From the NCBI GenBank assembly GCA_963848815.1, contig CAWKFY010000017.1, positions 13,852 to 77,851 on the forward strand: 64,000 bases of DNA. Direction: 5' to 3'. Of this stretch, positions 30,496 through 39,659 are shown piece by piece (position 1 is the first letter of the stretch; the number at the start of each line of letters is the position of its first letter). Both the position numbers and the translations under genes were made by a program. Below the pieces are notes generated by a model, which did not search any database, was not told the origin of the DNA, and worked only from the letters and a program-made list of their open reading frames with translations. The stretch comes from an uncultured Chloroflexia bacterium (lineage in GTDB: Bacteria; Chloroflexota; Dehalococcoidia; GIF9; UBA5629).

Positions 30496-33015
30496 TTACG
30501 GATTGCTGTCGCTGAGCAGCATATTGCCCTCGCCGGGCAACAACTTGCTTTCTCCGCTCAGCAGTGCGGCGGTTTCAAGCTTGTGAATGACTATCTGCGT
30601 GCCGTCATAATCGACCAGCACCTTGGAGCCGCTCTCATATTCACCGCGCAGCACGTTCTCGGAAAGCTTGTCTTCCACCTCTTGCTGGATGACGCGTCGC
30701 AGAGGACGGGCGCCGTATTCAGGATCGTAACCTTTCTCGCCTAGAAAATCCCTGGCGGCTTCAGAAATCTCCAGCGTAATCTTTTTCTCCGCCATGGAGG
30801 ATACAGCCTCGCGCAGCATAAGGTCGACGATCTGGCGGATATGCTCCTTGGTGAGGGCATGGAAGACCACGGAGGCATCTATGCGATTCAGGAACTCCGG
30901 CCTGAATTTATTCTTCATCTCACGCATCACGATATCTTTCATCTTCTCGTAAGCGCCCTGGCGGGTTTTGACTTCATCAGCGTTAACGTTGAAGCCCAAC
31001 CCCTTATTCTTCTTGATCTCATCGGCGCCGACGTTAGACGTCATGACCATGATGGTATTGCGGAAGTCGACCCTGCGGCCTTTGGCATCCGTAAGGTGAC
31101 CATCATCCATGATCTGGAGCAGGATGTCGAACACGTTCTTATGCGCTTTCTCAATCTCGTCCAGCAGTATTACACAGTAGGGGGTGCGCCTGACGGCTTC
31201 GGTAAGCTGGCCTCCCTCTTCATAGCCGATATATCCCGGAGGAGCGCCCACCAGCCTGGCGACATTATGCTGTTCCATAAATTCGGACATATCCAGCCTG
31301 ACCATGGCATCTTCACTCTTGAACATGAATTTGGCCAGGGCTTTCACCAGAGCGGTCTTGCCCACGCCGGTCGGACCCAGGAAAATGAAGCTGCCGATGG
31401 GACGGCGTGCGTCCTTAAGGCCCGCCCGGGCACGGCGTACGGCCCGGGCGATGGTAATGATGGCTTCATCCTGGCCCACAATATCTTCATGCACCGCCTT
31501 CTCCATTTTGAGCAGGCGTTCCTTTTCATCCGTGGTGAGGCTGTCCTTGGGTATGCCCGTCCACATGCTGACAACCTCGGCGATGTCCTCTTCGGTCACT
31601 ATCGGGGTTTCCTTCTTCTGAGTATCCTGCCATTCCTGCTCCATGCTCTTGACCTTGTTCTGGAGCTGGACTTCCCTGTCGCGAAGCTCGGCAGCCATCT
31701 CATATTGCTGTGAAGCGATGGCATTGTCCTTGTCGCGCCTCAGGTTTTCCAAAGCCTTCTGCGCTTCGGCGATGCTTATGGGGACAACACCTTTCTTGAT
31801 CCTGACACGGGAAGAGGCTTCATCCATAATATCAATGGCTTTATCAGGAAGGAACCTGTCGGATATGTACCGTGCAGCCATAGAGGCCGCAGTTTGGAAA
31901 GCGTCATCATTAATAATTAATTTGTGATAGTCTTCGTAATGGTGCCGGATGCCTTTCAGGATAGCAACGGTCTGCTCTACAGTCGGCTCGGTCACCATGA
32001 CGGGTTGGAAGCGCCTCTCCAGTCCGGCATCTTTCTCGATATATTTGCGGTACTCGTCCAGCGTGGTGGCGCCGATGAACTGGATTTCGCCCCTTGAAAG
32101 CGACGGCTTCAGGATGTTGGAAGCGTCAACAGCCCCCTCTGCTGCGCCTGCGCCCACTATGGTATGCAGCTCATCGATGAAAACGATGCAGTTGCCTGCG
32201 CTTTTTATCTCGTCGATAACTTTTTTCAGCCTCTCTTCAAACTCACCGCGATACTTGGTGCCGGCGACCAGCGATCCTATATCCAGGGTTACCAGCCGTT
32301 TATTCCTGAGAGGTTCGGGGATATCTCCCGTAACGATCTGCTGGGCCAGCTTGGCCACGATGGCCGACTTGCCTACACCCGGCTCGCCTATCAGAGCGGG
32401 ATTATTTTTAGTGCGCCGGCTGAGGATCTGGATGATGCGTTCGCACTCCTTTTCCCTGCCGACGATGTTGTCCAGCTTGCCATTACGCGCCAGCCCGGTA
32501 AGGTCAACGCCCAGTTGATCCAGGATGGGAGTCCTGGCACCTTCCTTGGTGACAGCCCTGGCCTGGCCGCTGCCGGTATTGAGCAGCTTGTTGACCTCGG
32601 TCATTACACGGTCGAGGGTCACGCCCAGGCTCTCCAGCACACCCGCCGCCGATCCCTCACGTTCCCGCAACAGGCCCAGCAGGAGATGCTCTGTGCCTAT
32701 ATAGCTATGGTTCAGCCGCCTGGCTTCATCCACTGCCAGCTCGATAACTTTCTTGGCCCTGGGAGTGAGTCCCACCTCACTGGTATTGGGACGGCCGCCG
32801 CGGCCTACTATAAACTCAACAGCTGACCTCACCTTGCTCACGGCTACGCCGAGATTGGCAAGGACCTGGCTGGCAACGCTATCTTCCTCCGCTATAAGAC
32901 CGAGTAAAATATGCTCGGTATCGATATAATTGTGACCGAAATGCTGCGCCTCTTCCTGCGCACGGGTAAGCGCCCGGCGAGCACGCTCAGAAAACTTTTC
33001 AAATCTACTTGCCAT
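30496..33015 (-). CDS. clpC: ATP-dependent Clp protease ATP-binding subunit ClpC
   Basis: Clp N-domain repeats, GEPGVGKS, UVR middle domain, GPTGVGKT, FRPEFLNR, GARPLRR. Confidence 0.96.
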   Translation of the reverse strand: MASRFEKFSERARRALTRAQEEAQHFGHNYIDTEHILLGLIAEEDSVASQVLANLGVAVSKVRSAVEFIVGRGGRPNTSEVGLTPRAKKVIELAVDEARRLNHSYIGTEHLLLGLLREREGSAAGVLESLGVTLDRVMTEVNKLLNTGSGQARAVTKEGARTPILDQLGVDLTGLARNGKLDNIVGREKECERIIQILSRRTKNNPALIGEPGVGKSAIVAKLAQQIVTGDIPEPLRNKRLVTLDIGSLVAGTKYRGEFEERLKKVIDEIKSAGNCIVFIDELHTIVGAGAAEGAVDASNILKPSLSRGEIQFIGATTLDEYRKYIEKDAGLERRFQPVMVTEPTVEQTVAILKGIRHHYEDYHKLIINDDAFQTAASMAARYISDRFLPDKAIDIMDEASSRVRIKKGVVPISIAEAQKALENLRRDKDNAIASQQYEMAAELRDREVQLQNKVKSMEQEWQDTQKKETPIVTEEDIAEVVSMWTGIPKDSLTTDEKERLLKMEKAVHEDIVGQDEAIITIARAVRRARAGLKDARRPIGSFIFLGPTGVGKTALVKALAKFMFKSEDAMVRLDMSEFMEQHNVARLVGAPPGYIGYEEGGQLTEAVRRTPYCVILLDEIEKAHKNVFDILLQIMDDGHLTDAKGRRVDFRNTIMVMTSNVGADEIKKNKGLGFNVNADEVKTRQGAYEKMKDIVMREMKNKFRPEFLNRIDASVVFHALTKEHIRQIVDLMLREAVSSMAEKKITLEISEAARDFLGEKGYDPEYGARPLRRVIQQEVEDKLSENVLRGEYESGSKVLVDYDGTQIVIHKLETAALLSGESKLLPGEGNMLLSDSNP

Positions 33016-33070
33016 AGTAACCTCGAAAAAGTGTAATCAGATTGGTCTGTAAATTCACTCTTTCATATGA

Positions 33071-33099
33071 ATTATATGTTTAACCATACTTGAAGTCAA
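33071..33099 (-). promoter_or_regulatory. Sigma70 promoter of the clpC-radA-ispDF-cysS block
   Basis: TTGACT (33094-33099), 17 bp spacer, TATAAT (33071-33076). Confidence 0.7.
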
Positions 33100-33164
33100 A
33101 GAGTGGCAGCTTCAAATAAGATCAAAGTCGATGATAGTGTCAGGAAAAAGAGGTATAAAAAAAG

Positions 33165-33285
33165 CCTCTGGCAGTGGCATATTTTCCCAAGGAATCCCTC
33201 CCTCAGTATCGTCTGCGCTGAAGCGTTTCACTTCCGTGTTCGGGATGGGAACGGGTGGTGCCGCCTCGCTCTAACCACCAGAGGA
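33165..33285 (-). rRNA. rrf: 5S ribosomal RNA (stand-alone)
   Basis: Minus strand TCCTCTGGTGGTTAGAGCGAGG...CCCGTTCCCATCCCGAACACGGAAGTGAAACG...GGGAAAATATGCCACTGCCAGAGG; conserved CCGAAC loop; ends pair as helix I. Confidence 0.97.
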
Positions 33286-33297
33286 CTAATGGAATAT

Positions 33298-33325
33298 AGT
33301 TTATAATAAGAGCATATGGTGTCAA
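33298..33325 (-). promoter_or_regulatory. Dedicated promoter for the 5S rRNA gene
   Basis: TTGACA (33320-33325), 16 bp spacer, TAAACT (33298-33303), ending 12 nt before the mature 5S 5' end. Confidence 0.7.
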
Positions 33326-33341
33326 ATAGCGTATGTGTAAT

Positions 33342-34885
33342 GTTACTGTGACTGATTTGTCGGTCTTGAGTTAGAGAGGCCTTGTAAAACATTATATCGC
33401 TATCCTGGTTAGAGATTTCAATATTTCAACCCAAGGACGGGCTGCATGTGGGCCAGATATCGCTGGCATTCCAACATTGAAATAACTCGTGTAATCATAT
33501 TTTATTGTACGATCGAGCACTCTCCTTATTTGTTTTTCCGGCATTTTTATAGATGTAGTTTCAGCGATGCGGAAGCACAGGCGATCCGCCAGAGTCCCTT
33601 CACGTATACTGATTCTCAGCCAGAGCATCCGGCGTATTCCCTGACGTGACCAACTCATGCCCTGATTCTTCATCCTTCGTACGATCAACTTGTCAATATT
33701 TCCCTCGATAGCCCCTGTTCTTCGTAAGGTAATTCCCTGTTGTCCCATGCTTTCCCGATAATCCTGCAATCCGGAGGCATTGGAACTGATATATTTGATC
33801 ACCTGCCTGATGTCTTTGGCCTTATCGTCTGGCGCCCGGTCTACCGCTTCTTTGAGCTGCTTAAGAGCGGCATCATGTTGGCCACAACTGCAATGATATT
33901 GAACCGACCGTAAGATAGCTCGATCATGCTTCAGTGCATGACAAAGAGCATGGTTGAGGTGATATCGGCATAGCTGATATTGGCCTCCGAAATAATCAAC
34001 ACCTTCTTTGATCCATGTTGCGCCGTCTCCACCGATGACGTATTGCGTCCCACCAAGATCGTATTTCTGGTGCAGTTTTAAGGCCATTCCTGTCCAGAAT
34101 CGATCAGTGCTTAATATGTCTGCATAAAGGGTCTTATTGACCGTGCTGTAACGGTCTTTGCCTACTTTCCGCCAGCTCTCATAGGCAATGCCCAGCTTTA
34201 CCTCAGCCCTACGTGCCGTTTCCCTTTGCAAGGGTAGCACAACGCCGTCCGCCTCGATAATCAGACAGCTCGCCTTCCTGCCTTCAGTCTGTTTCAACTC
34301 GCCAGTATCTTCAAACCAAGCCGCACTACGATCTGCATCATCTTGACTGTCGGCAATAGCCAATTGGACTAACCTGTGAATGGTTCTATAAGAAAGGCCG
34401 ATAGAAGTGGTTCTGTTTAGTACCTCAGCGCTTCTGCGGAAAGGCATCTCGGCCGCCAACCCGCATGCCAGCTCTTTCACAGCCAAGGTGGTGTGACGGT
34501 ATTTGCCCATACCCATCAATTCATCCAGCGGATATTGATATTTCCCGTCTCGCCCTCGATATTGTCTCCTGGTAACCATGATCGGTCCAAGCCTGGTCCG
34601 ATACCAGGTGCTTCGCTTATGAGCGACTACTAAATCAGCAGGCCTATGCTGTTGTATCAGCGAGTCGATCTGCTCAAGTACGTTTCCAAATGCCTTACGT
34701 GCGCATTCAACTGCTTTGTCGAATAAATCCTTCTCCATTGAGACTACGATCTGTTTGAGTTCCTCAGCGTTTTTGGTTAGACTGGTTTTCAAGAGAATCT
34801 CCTTTATAAATTTATTGGTGGTAGATTTATTTTGTGAGGTCTCTCTTGCTTTTTGCAACCTGACCGACAAAACTGTCACTGTATC
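33342..34885 (-). mobile_element. ISLre2-family insertion sequence (1544 bp)
   Basis: 24-bp imperfect terminal inverted repeats (33342-33365 GTTACTGTGACTGATTTGTCGGTC and 34862-34885; 20/24 match); 9-bp direct repeat ATGTGTAAT at 33333-33341 and 34886-34894. Confidence 0.9.
33392..34792 (-). CDS. ISLre2-family (UPF0236) DDE transposase
   Basis: IEADG, IGGDGATWI, LCRYHL, GAIEGNI..RRMK..GMSWS..G. Likely TTG start at 34792 behind an AAGGAG RBS. Confidence 0.88.
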   Translation of the reverse strand: MKTSLTKNAEELKQIVVSMEKDLFDKAVECARKAFGNVLEQIDSLIQQHRPADLVVAHKRSTWYRTRLGPIMVTRRQYRGRDGKYQYPLDELMGMGKYRHTTLAVKELACGLAAEMPFRRSAEVLNRTTSIGLSYRTIHRLVQLAIADSQDDADRSAAWFEDTGELKQTEGRKASCLIIEADGVVLPLQRETARRAEVKLGIAYESWRKVGKDRYSTVNKTLYADILSTDRFWTGMALKLHQKYDLGGTQYVIGGDGATWIKEGVDYFGGQYQLCRYHLNHALCHALKHDRAILRSVQYHCSCGQHDAALKQLKEAVDRAPDDKAKDIRQVIKYISSNASGLQDYRESMGQQGITLRRTGAIEGNIDKLIVRRMKNQGMSWSRQGIRRMLWLRISIREGTLADRLCFRIAETTSIKMPEKQIRRVLDRTIKYDYTSYFNVGMPAISGPHAARPWVEILKSLTRIAI

Positions 34886-34915
34886 ATGTGTAATAAAGCA
34901 GTAAATAATCGAGAG

Positions 34916-35959
34916 TTATATTTTCTTATATTTAGTAGGATCAGTCGGAGGAATATAATAAGTTGCCACGACAGGGCTTGGCCCCAATGTCTTTGATCTT
35001 AAAAATGCAGAGTGATTTGTGGGTGCGAGATGTACTTCGAAAGGAGGGTATATTCGCTTAAACCTACCAAGAATTCGATTTCTCAGGATATCCATTTTAG
35101 AAGCTGCCTCAGATGAGATAAAAAATACAGGACAATTTGGATCTTGGCAATTGCAAGGCCTTATCTCTCCCTGCCTTAGACAATCATCATATGTTATCCT
35201 TAAAAGATTGAGTTCCTTTACAATTTCAGATAAAGCTTTCTTAAATCTCTGTTTTTTTATTTGGTGTCTGCTCGGTATCCTTCGTATTTCTGTACCGTCC
35301 CTTAAACGATGAATACCTGTATTCAATGCCTCAATCGTATCGGTAATTGCTTTCTTAAACGCTGGAATTGAACTTTCACTTTGGAAAGGGGTGTAGAAAG
35401 CCGGTCTATCGAATAATTCTGCCATTAGAGCTAAAATCTCGACATCGTTTAATAATTTAAGCTGCTCAATAAATGAACTCAAATCAGATGGAGACTCTGG
35501 AAACTCTTCACCTTGCACAAATCGTTTGAGTAGAGATTCGGCTTCTGCTCGTAGCCGCTCTTCAAACTCTTGCCCAGACCATATACTACAACTACGAATA
35601 CCTTTTTTCGCAACGAAATTTCTTATTTTATCACGTAGTCGCGCTGAAATATTTCCTCCTAAAACAAGAATAAATTCATCTGGAACCCCAAACGGACCGG
35701 ATACAATAAGGTCCACATCTTGCACGACCTTAGAAATTGTTAACCTTTTCCTATTTGCACATTGAATACAGACTTTGTTGTACTTGCTATTACCAGATTC
35801 TCCCCAAATGTCACGTCCCAAATCTGTCCCAAGTTGTCCATACCAATCTAGGGAGCGCCATCTCCGGGTACGCAGCATATAAGCAAAAACAAGTCGTTCA
35901 AATTGTATACCACCAAAATCATCAAAATGCACTTTTTGAACCAGTATTGCGGGACTCAT
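34916..35959 (-). CDS. Orphan restriction endonuclease-like protein (Mrr/PD-(D/E)xK-like N-domain plus unknown C-domain)
   Basis: FERLVFAY...G.DLGRDI...CIQCANR...WSGQEFEERL resembles Mrr-type nuclease folds; AT-rich; no methyltransferase nearby. Confidence 0.6.
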   Translation of the reverse strand: MSPAILVQKVHFDDFGGIQFERLVFAYMLRTRRWRSLDWYGQLGTDLGRDIWGESGNSKYNKVCIQCANRKRLTISKVVQDVDLIVSGPFGVPDEFILVLGGNISARLRDKIRNFVAKKGIRSCSIWSGQEFEERLRAEAESLLKRFVQGEEFPESPSDLSSFIEQLKLLNDVEILALMAELFDRPAFYTPFQSESSIPAFKKAITDTIEALNTGIHRLRDGTEIRRIPSRHQIKKQRFKKALSEIVKELNLLRITYDDCLRQGEIRPCNCQDPNCPVFFISSEAASKMDILRNRILGRFKRIYPPFEVHLAPTNHSAFLRSKTLGPSPVVATYYIPPTDPTKYKKI

Positions 35960-36022
35960 TACAATTTACCCCTCTTTATCAGTATAAATATGTTCATTCA
36001 GCTCTAGGAGAATTGTCAAATA

Positions 36023-36214
36023 TCAAGAAAAGAATCTGGCTTGAGCGGGCTGGCCTTTCTTATAAGGGATGCCCAGGTGTTCATAGGCCAGGCGCGTGGC
36101 CGTGCGTCCCCGGGGGTCCTGTCGAGAAATCCAAGTTGCAGCAAATACGGGTCGTATATGCCTTCGATGGCGTCGGACTCCACTTCCAGCTTGCCCATAG
36201 CTTCGAGTGTAACC
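36023..36214 (-). pseudogene. ruvB: Displaced, diverged ruvB 3'-end fragment with a 108-nt in-frame internal deletion
   Basis: 36053-36100 is identical to 44518-44565 (48 bp) and 36181-36214 is identical to 44755-44788 (34 bp). The segment between has 9 substitutions and 1 indel. ruvB 44647-44754 is absent. Restored C-terminus KKGQPAQARFFS* versus [11 protein letters not shown]. Confidence 0.9.
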
Positions 36215-36218
36215 TCTC

Positions 36219-36888
36219 TCACCGCCACCAGCGTATGTTTTTCCTGGGGATTTCTTTAACGTCTGGCGGTGGTTCCAGGGCCTTTGTCACTTTATGCGCC
36301 ATATAACTGATGGGTTTTGTTAACGGATGCAGAGGTCCGAGCCTTTGTCCGAAACTCTGGGCTGTAAGGTCGGTGTAAAGGCTTAACGTCTGGGCTGCCG
36401 TCAAAAAATCCCAGCAGACGAAAATCTCTTCGGCAATCCCGAAAGGCATGCTTAGAGGTATAAAGCCCCGCGCGTACTCGACAGCCCATACCCCGTTGGT
36501 GAAATTCATGGCGCGCGCCTGGCCCGGACCGACGTAGATGCGGTCACCGGGTTTATAAATCGTCTTCTCGAACTGACCTTCCGCGTAGTACCAGGTCTCT
36601 CCATCAATAACAGTATCCCAGAATCCGGCGAAATGACGTCCGGAATGGCCTTCAGAGCCGATGGGAGTTCCCCAAATCATGATATATTCGGTCAGTGGAA
36701 GCATAGTAGAGCTTCATCTGGATCATCGCGCCTCCGGCGATGCTGTATATCCAGGGCTGCGAGAAATCGAGCACTTTCGGATAGTGGGTTGCAAGAGCAT
36801 TGGCGAAAGCATCGAACATCTGCGGCTTGGGCATACCCAGGCACTCCATAGCGCACTTGTGAACGATATCAGGATCAAATCTGGCCAT
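36219..36888 (-). CDS. ERG2/sigma-1 receptor family protein (C-8 sterol isomerase-like); frameshift near 36697
   Basis: Joining ORF 36652-36897 with ORF 36219-36704 gives W...IAGGAM.QM.LYYASLTEYIMIWGTPIGSEGHSGRH...WAVEYARGFIP.SMPFG, the ERG2/SIGMAR1 signatures including the conserved EY.RG glutamate. Confidence 0.88.
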
Positions 36889-36914
36889 TGGCATCAACCT
36901 CTTTCTCTGGTGAT

Positions 36915-37727
36915 TTATACAACGTCATCGAACGGGCCGAACATCTTTTCCATCGATCCGCTTACGATACGAATAGCGCGGGCGCGGGACACCATTTTCC
37001 CCATGAAAAAGTATCCCAGCCGGTTAGATCTCCCCGCGATGAGACTTGGTCGTTTCCCCAGCGCTTTCAACGCCTCGGTGACCGTCGGCTTTACGTCCAT
37101 CACTTTCACGAACCGCGCCGGCTTCGGCTCGTTGGCATCCCAGCCGGGTGTTTTCGTTGACCCCGCCATGAACCCGAGCACGTCGACCCCATACCGGCCC
37201 AGCTCGTACCAAAGGCTCTCGGCAATAATCAGATTGTAGGCTTTGGTCGCCGCATAGTTGGCGCAATAGGCGGTCCCGTACATCGCCGAAGCAGAAGAAA
37301 GAAAAATGATACCTCCCCGCCTCCGCTCGGCCATCTTTCTGCCGAAGTGATGGGCCAGGATGAGCCCCGCCCGCGTGTTGACGTGCAACTGCTTCACAAG
37401 CTGGTCAACGGAATGATTGAGAAAGGGACGGACTTTTGACAAACCCGCATTATTCACCAGCAGGCCAATCTCCAAAGAGTCGGTAACAGGAGTGATCTCT
37501 TTAAGTATGTCCTCCCGGCTAAGGTCGAGCGCTATTGTCCGGACTTCTACGCCGTAGTCTTTCTTTAGCGCGTCCGCCCTGGCTTTGAGCAAATCAGCGT
37601 TAGTGGCAACTAGAATCGTATTCAGGCCCCGTTCAGCACATTGGCGGGCGAATTCGGCGCCGAGCCCCCGTGAAGCGCCGGTGATCAATGCCCAGGGACC
37701 GTATTTTCTTAAGAAAGAAGATGGCAT
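36915..37727 (-). CDS. SDR family oxidoreductase (17beta-HSD/KAR-like subgroup)
   Basis: YGPWALITGASRGLG, LLVNNAG, SS, YAATKAY catalytic motif. Confidence 0.9.
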   Translation of the reverse strand: MPSSFLRKYGPWALITGASRGLGAEFARQCAERGLNTILVATNADLLKARADALKKDYGVEVRTIALDLSREDILKEITPVTDSLEIGLLVNNAGLSKVRPFLNHSVDQLVKQLHVNTRAGLILAHHFGRKMAERRRGGIIFLSSASAMYGTAYCANYAATKAYNLIIAESLWYELGRYGVDVLGFMAGSTKTPGWDANEPKPARFVKVMDVKPTVTEALKALGKRPSLIAGRSNRLGYFFMGKMVSRARAIRIVSGSMEKMFGPFDDVV

Positions 37728-37992
37728 TTTTACTCTTTAAAAGATTAATACCTGGGGCCTCATAGTATTTAATACTTTTTAGCATGCTTTGTAAACCTCG
37801 TTTCGCTGGGAGGTATAAAAATAGAGAAATGGTAGCGAAAATTATACTTTCATGAGATGCAAGAATTAAGCATATTTAAAACCTTTAGAAAAGTTCTTGC
37901 TTTTATTCGGCACGGTCTAAAACGCTGTATAATGGTCAGAAATCCAACCTTTTCTACTGCAAGCGCCAACAATTCATCGGAGGGTAAGTGGT

Positions 37993-38771
37993 ATGACAGT
38001 TAAAATATGTAGCGCCGCTGAAGCTATATCTGTGATAAAGGATGGCGACCACGTAGCTTCTTATATGTGGTCATATGCGGCACGCCCGGGTATTTATATC
38101 GTGCCCTGGCTGCAAGCACGCCACGAACCTGACCCTGTATATCGAGAATTTCTTGCCCGGTCCGCCGGGCACTGTGGAGATTGGCTTCCCTGATCCCACC
38201 ATGCTTCTTGCCCACGTGAAGAAGATCGTTACACCTTTTCTTGGCGGCCGTTTCATCGGCCGCATCGGGAATAGCGGCAGATTTCATGGGCGATCTTATC
38301 CACAGCGGGAAGCTTGAAACGGAGGTGACTACTCACGGCGTTTTCATGGAGCGTTTGCATGCAGGCGCTATGGGGCTGGGCGGTTTTTATAGCCCGATAG
38401 GTGTAGGGACCATCGTGGCAGCCGGCAAGGAGACAAGAGTTATCGACGGCAAGGAGTATATATTTGAAAAGTCGATCAGCCCTGATGTGGGACTGATCAA
38501 AGCTGCCAAGGCGGACAAACTTGGAAATCTGGTTTACCACGGTTCTGCCCGGGGAGCTAACCCGGTCATCGCAATGGCATCAAAGGTGAATATTGTTGAG
38601 GTTGACGAAATAGTTGAGCCGGGCGAATTGGACCCGGAGCTAATAGTTACCCCGGGAATATACGTGGACTACCTGGTAAAAATACCCGAGGACGATATCG
38701 CAGGCGCCAAGAACCTTAAAGAGCTCGTCAAATTCGGTGTAGCGCTGGTGAATACGAAAGGTGTGAAATGA
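37993..38771 (+). pseudogene. 3-oxoacid CoA-transferase subunit A, three frameshifts
   Basis: Pieces in successive frames: SAAEAISVIKDGD; GTPGYLYRAL; NLTLYIEN; HGVFMERLHAGAMGLGGFYSPIGVGT...KAAKADKLGNL...VTPGIYVD. Shifts near 38070, 38125 and 38270. Confidence 0.75.
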
Positions 38772-39436
38772 AAGAGAGACTGGATGAAATAGTGATGGCA
38801 ATGAGAGCAGCCCGGGAATTGAAGCCCGGAGATTACTGCAACCTCGGCCTCGGCATGCCGCAAATGTGCGCATCCAATGTTCCGGATGGCGTGTACATGT
38901 CCAGGCGGAGAATGGCGTTATCGGTTATGGCCCGCTTGTAACGACCGACAATGTTGATGAAGCTGACGTCGGTCTGATCGATGCCGGAGGAAAATTCTAT
39001 ACTCCTGCTCCCGGCATGTGCTTTTTTGACATGGTTACATCCTTTGCCATGATCCGAAGCGGCCGGCTTATATCAATACTGGGCGGGCTCCAGGTATCCG
39101 AAACTGGCGACCTGGCCATTCACAGCCCAGCGAGCAGACGAGTATCCGCAGATCGGGGGGAGCATGGATTTGGCGTGGGGCGCCAAAGAGGGTCATCGTA
39201 GCAATGACGCATACCAATAAAGATGGGAAACCCAAGCTGGTCAAAAACTTGACCTACCCGCTGACTGCGGCCAAATGCGTTAATTTCATAATTACCGACG
39301 TGGCAGTAATTGAAGTGACAGACCAGGTGGACTTGTCCTTAAGGAGTTTGCCCCCGGATGGACCGTTGATGAGATCAAATCCTTGACAGAGGCCCGTCTC
39401 TCTGTGGCAGCCGATGTTAAGGTGATGGAGCTATAA
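38768..39436 (+). pseudogene. 3-oxoacid CoA-transferase subunit B, four frameshifts
   Basis: MRAARELKPGDYCNLGLGMP; QAENG; LQVSETGDLA; PQIGGSMDLAWGA; VIVAMTH; IITDVAV; LKEFAPGWTVDEI. Shifts near 38895, 39136, 39186 and 39327. Confidence 0.75.
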
Positions 39437-39621
39437 CCACTTTATCGGGCATGTCCCCTCCGTTATGATCAACCCCACGCCACCCCTGGCACGCTGCTCG
39501 TAATGGGATATCATCAGATCGGTGACGTTGCCATAGGGGGCATAACGATACGGTTGCGGATTTTCCTGGAGCCAAGCTTTCCGGGCTCCAACAACCTTGT
39601 ATAATCAGCTTTATTCAGCAT
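39430..39621 (-). pseudogene. N-terminal remnant of an NADH:flavin oxidoreductase (old yellow enzyme family)
   Basis: MLNKADYTRLLEPGKLGSRKIRNRIVMPPM, then a shifted frame GNVTDLMISHYEQRARGGVGLIITEGT; truncated where it meets the CoA-transferase B stop. Confidence 0.8.
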
Positions 39622-39659
39622 CTCAATACTTCCGAAGGCTAATCTCCTGTTCATCTCAT

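Noticed and set aside
33094-33126. CtsR-like heptads (AGTCAAA, CTTCAAA, GATCAAA) near the clpC promoter
   Set aside because: Only one heptad is perfect and it is simply the -35 box; spacing is inconsistent and no ctsR is in the window.
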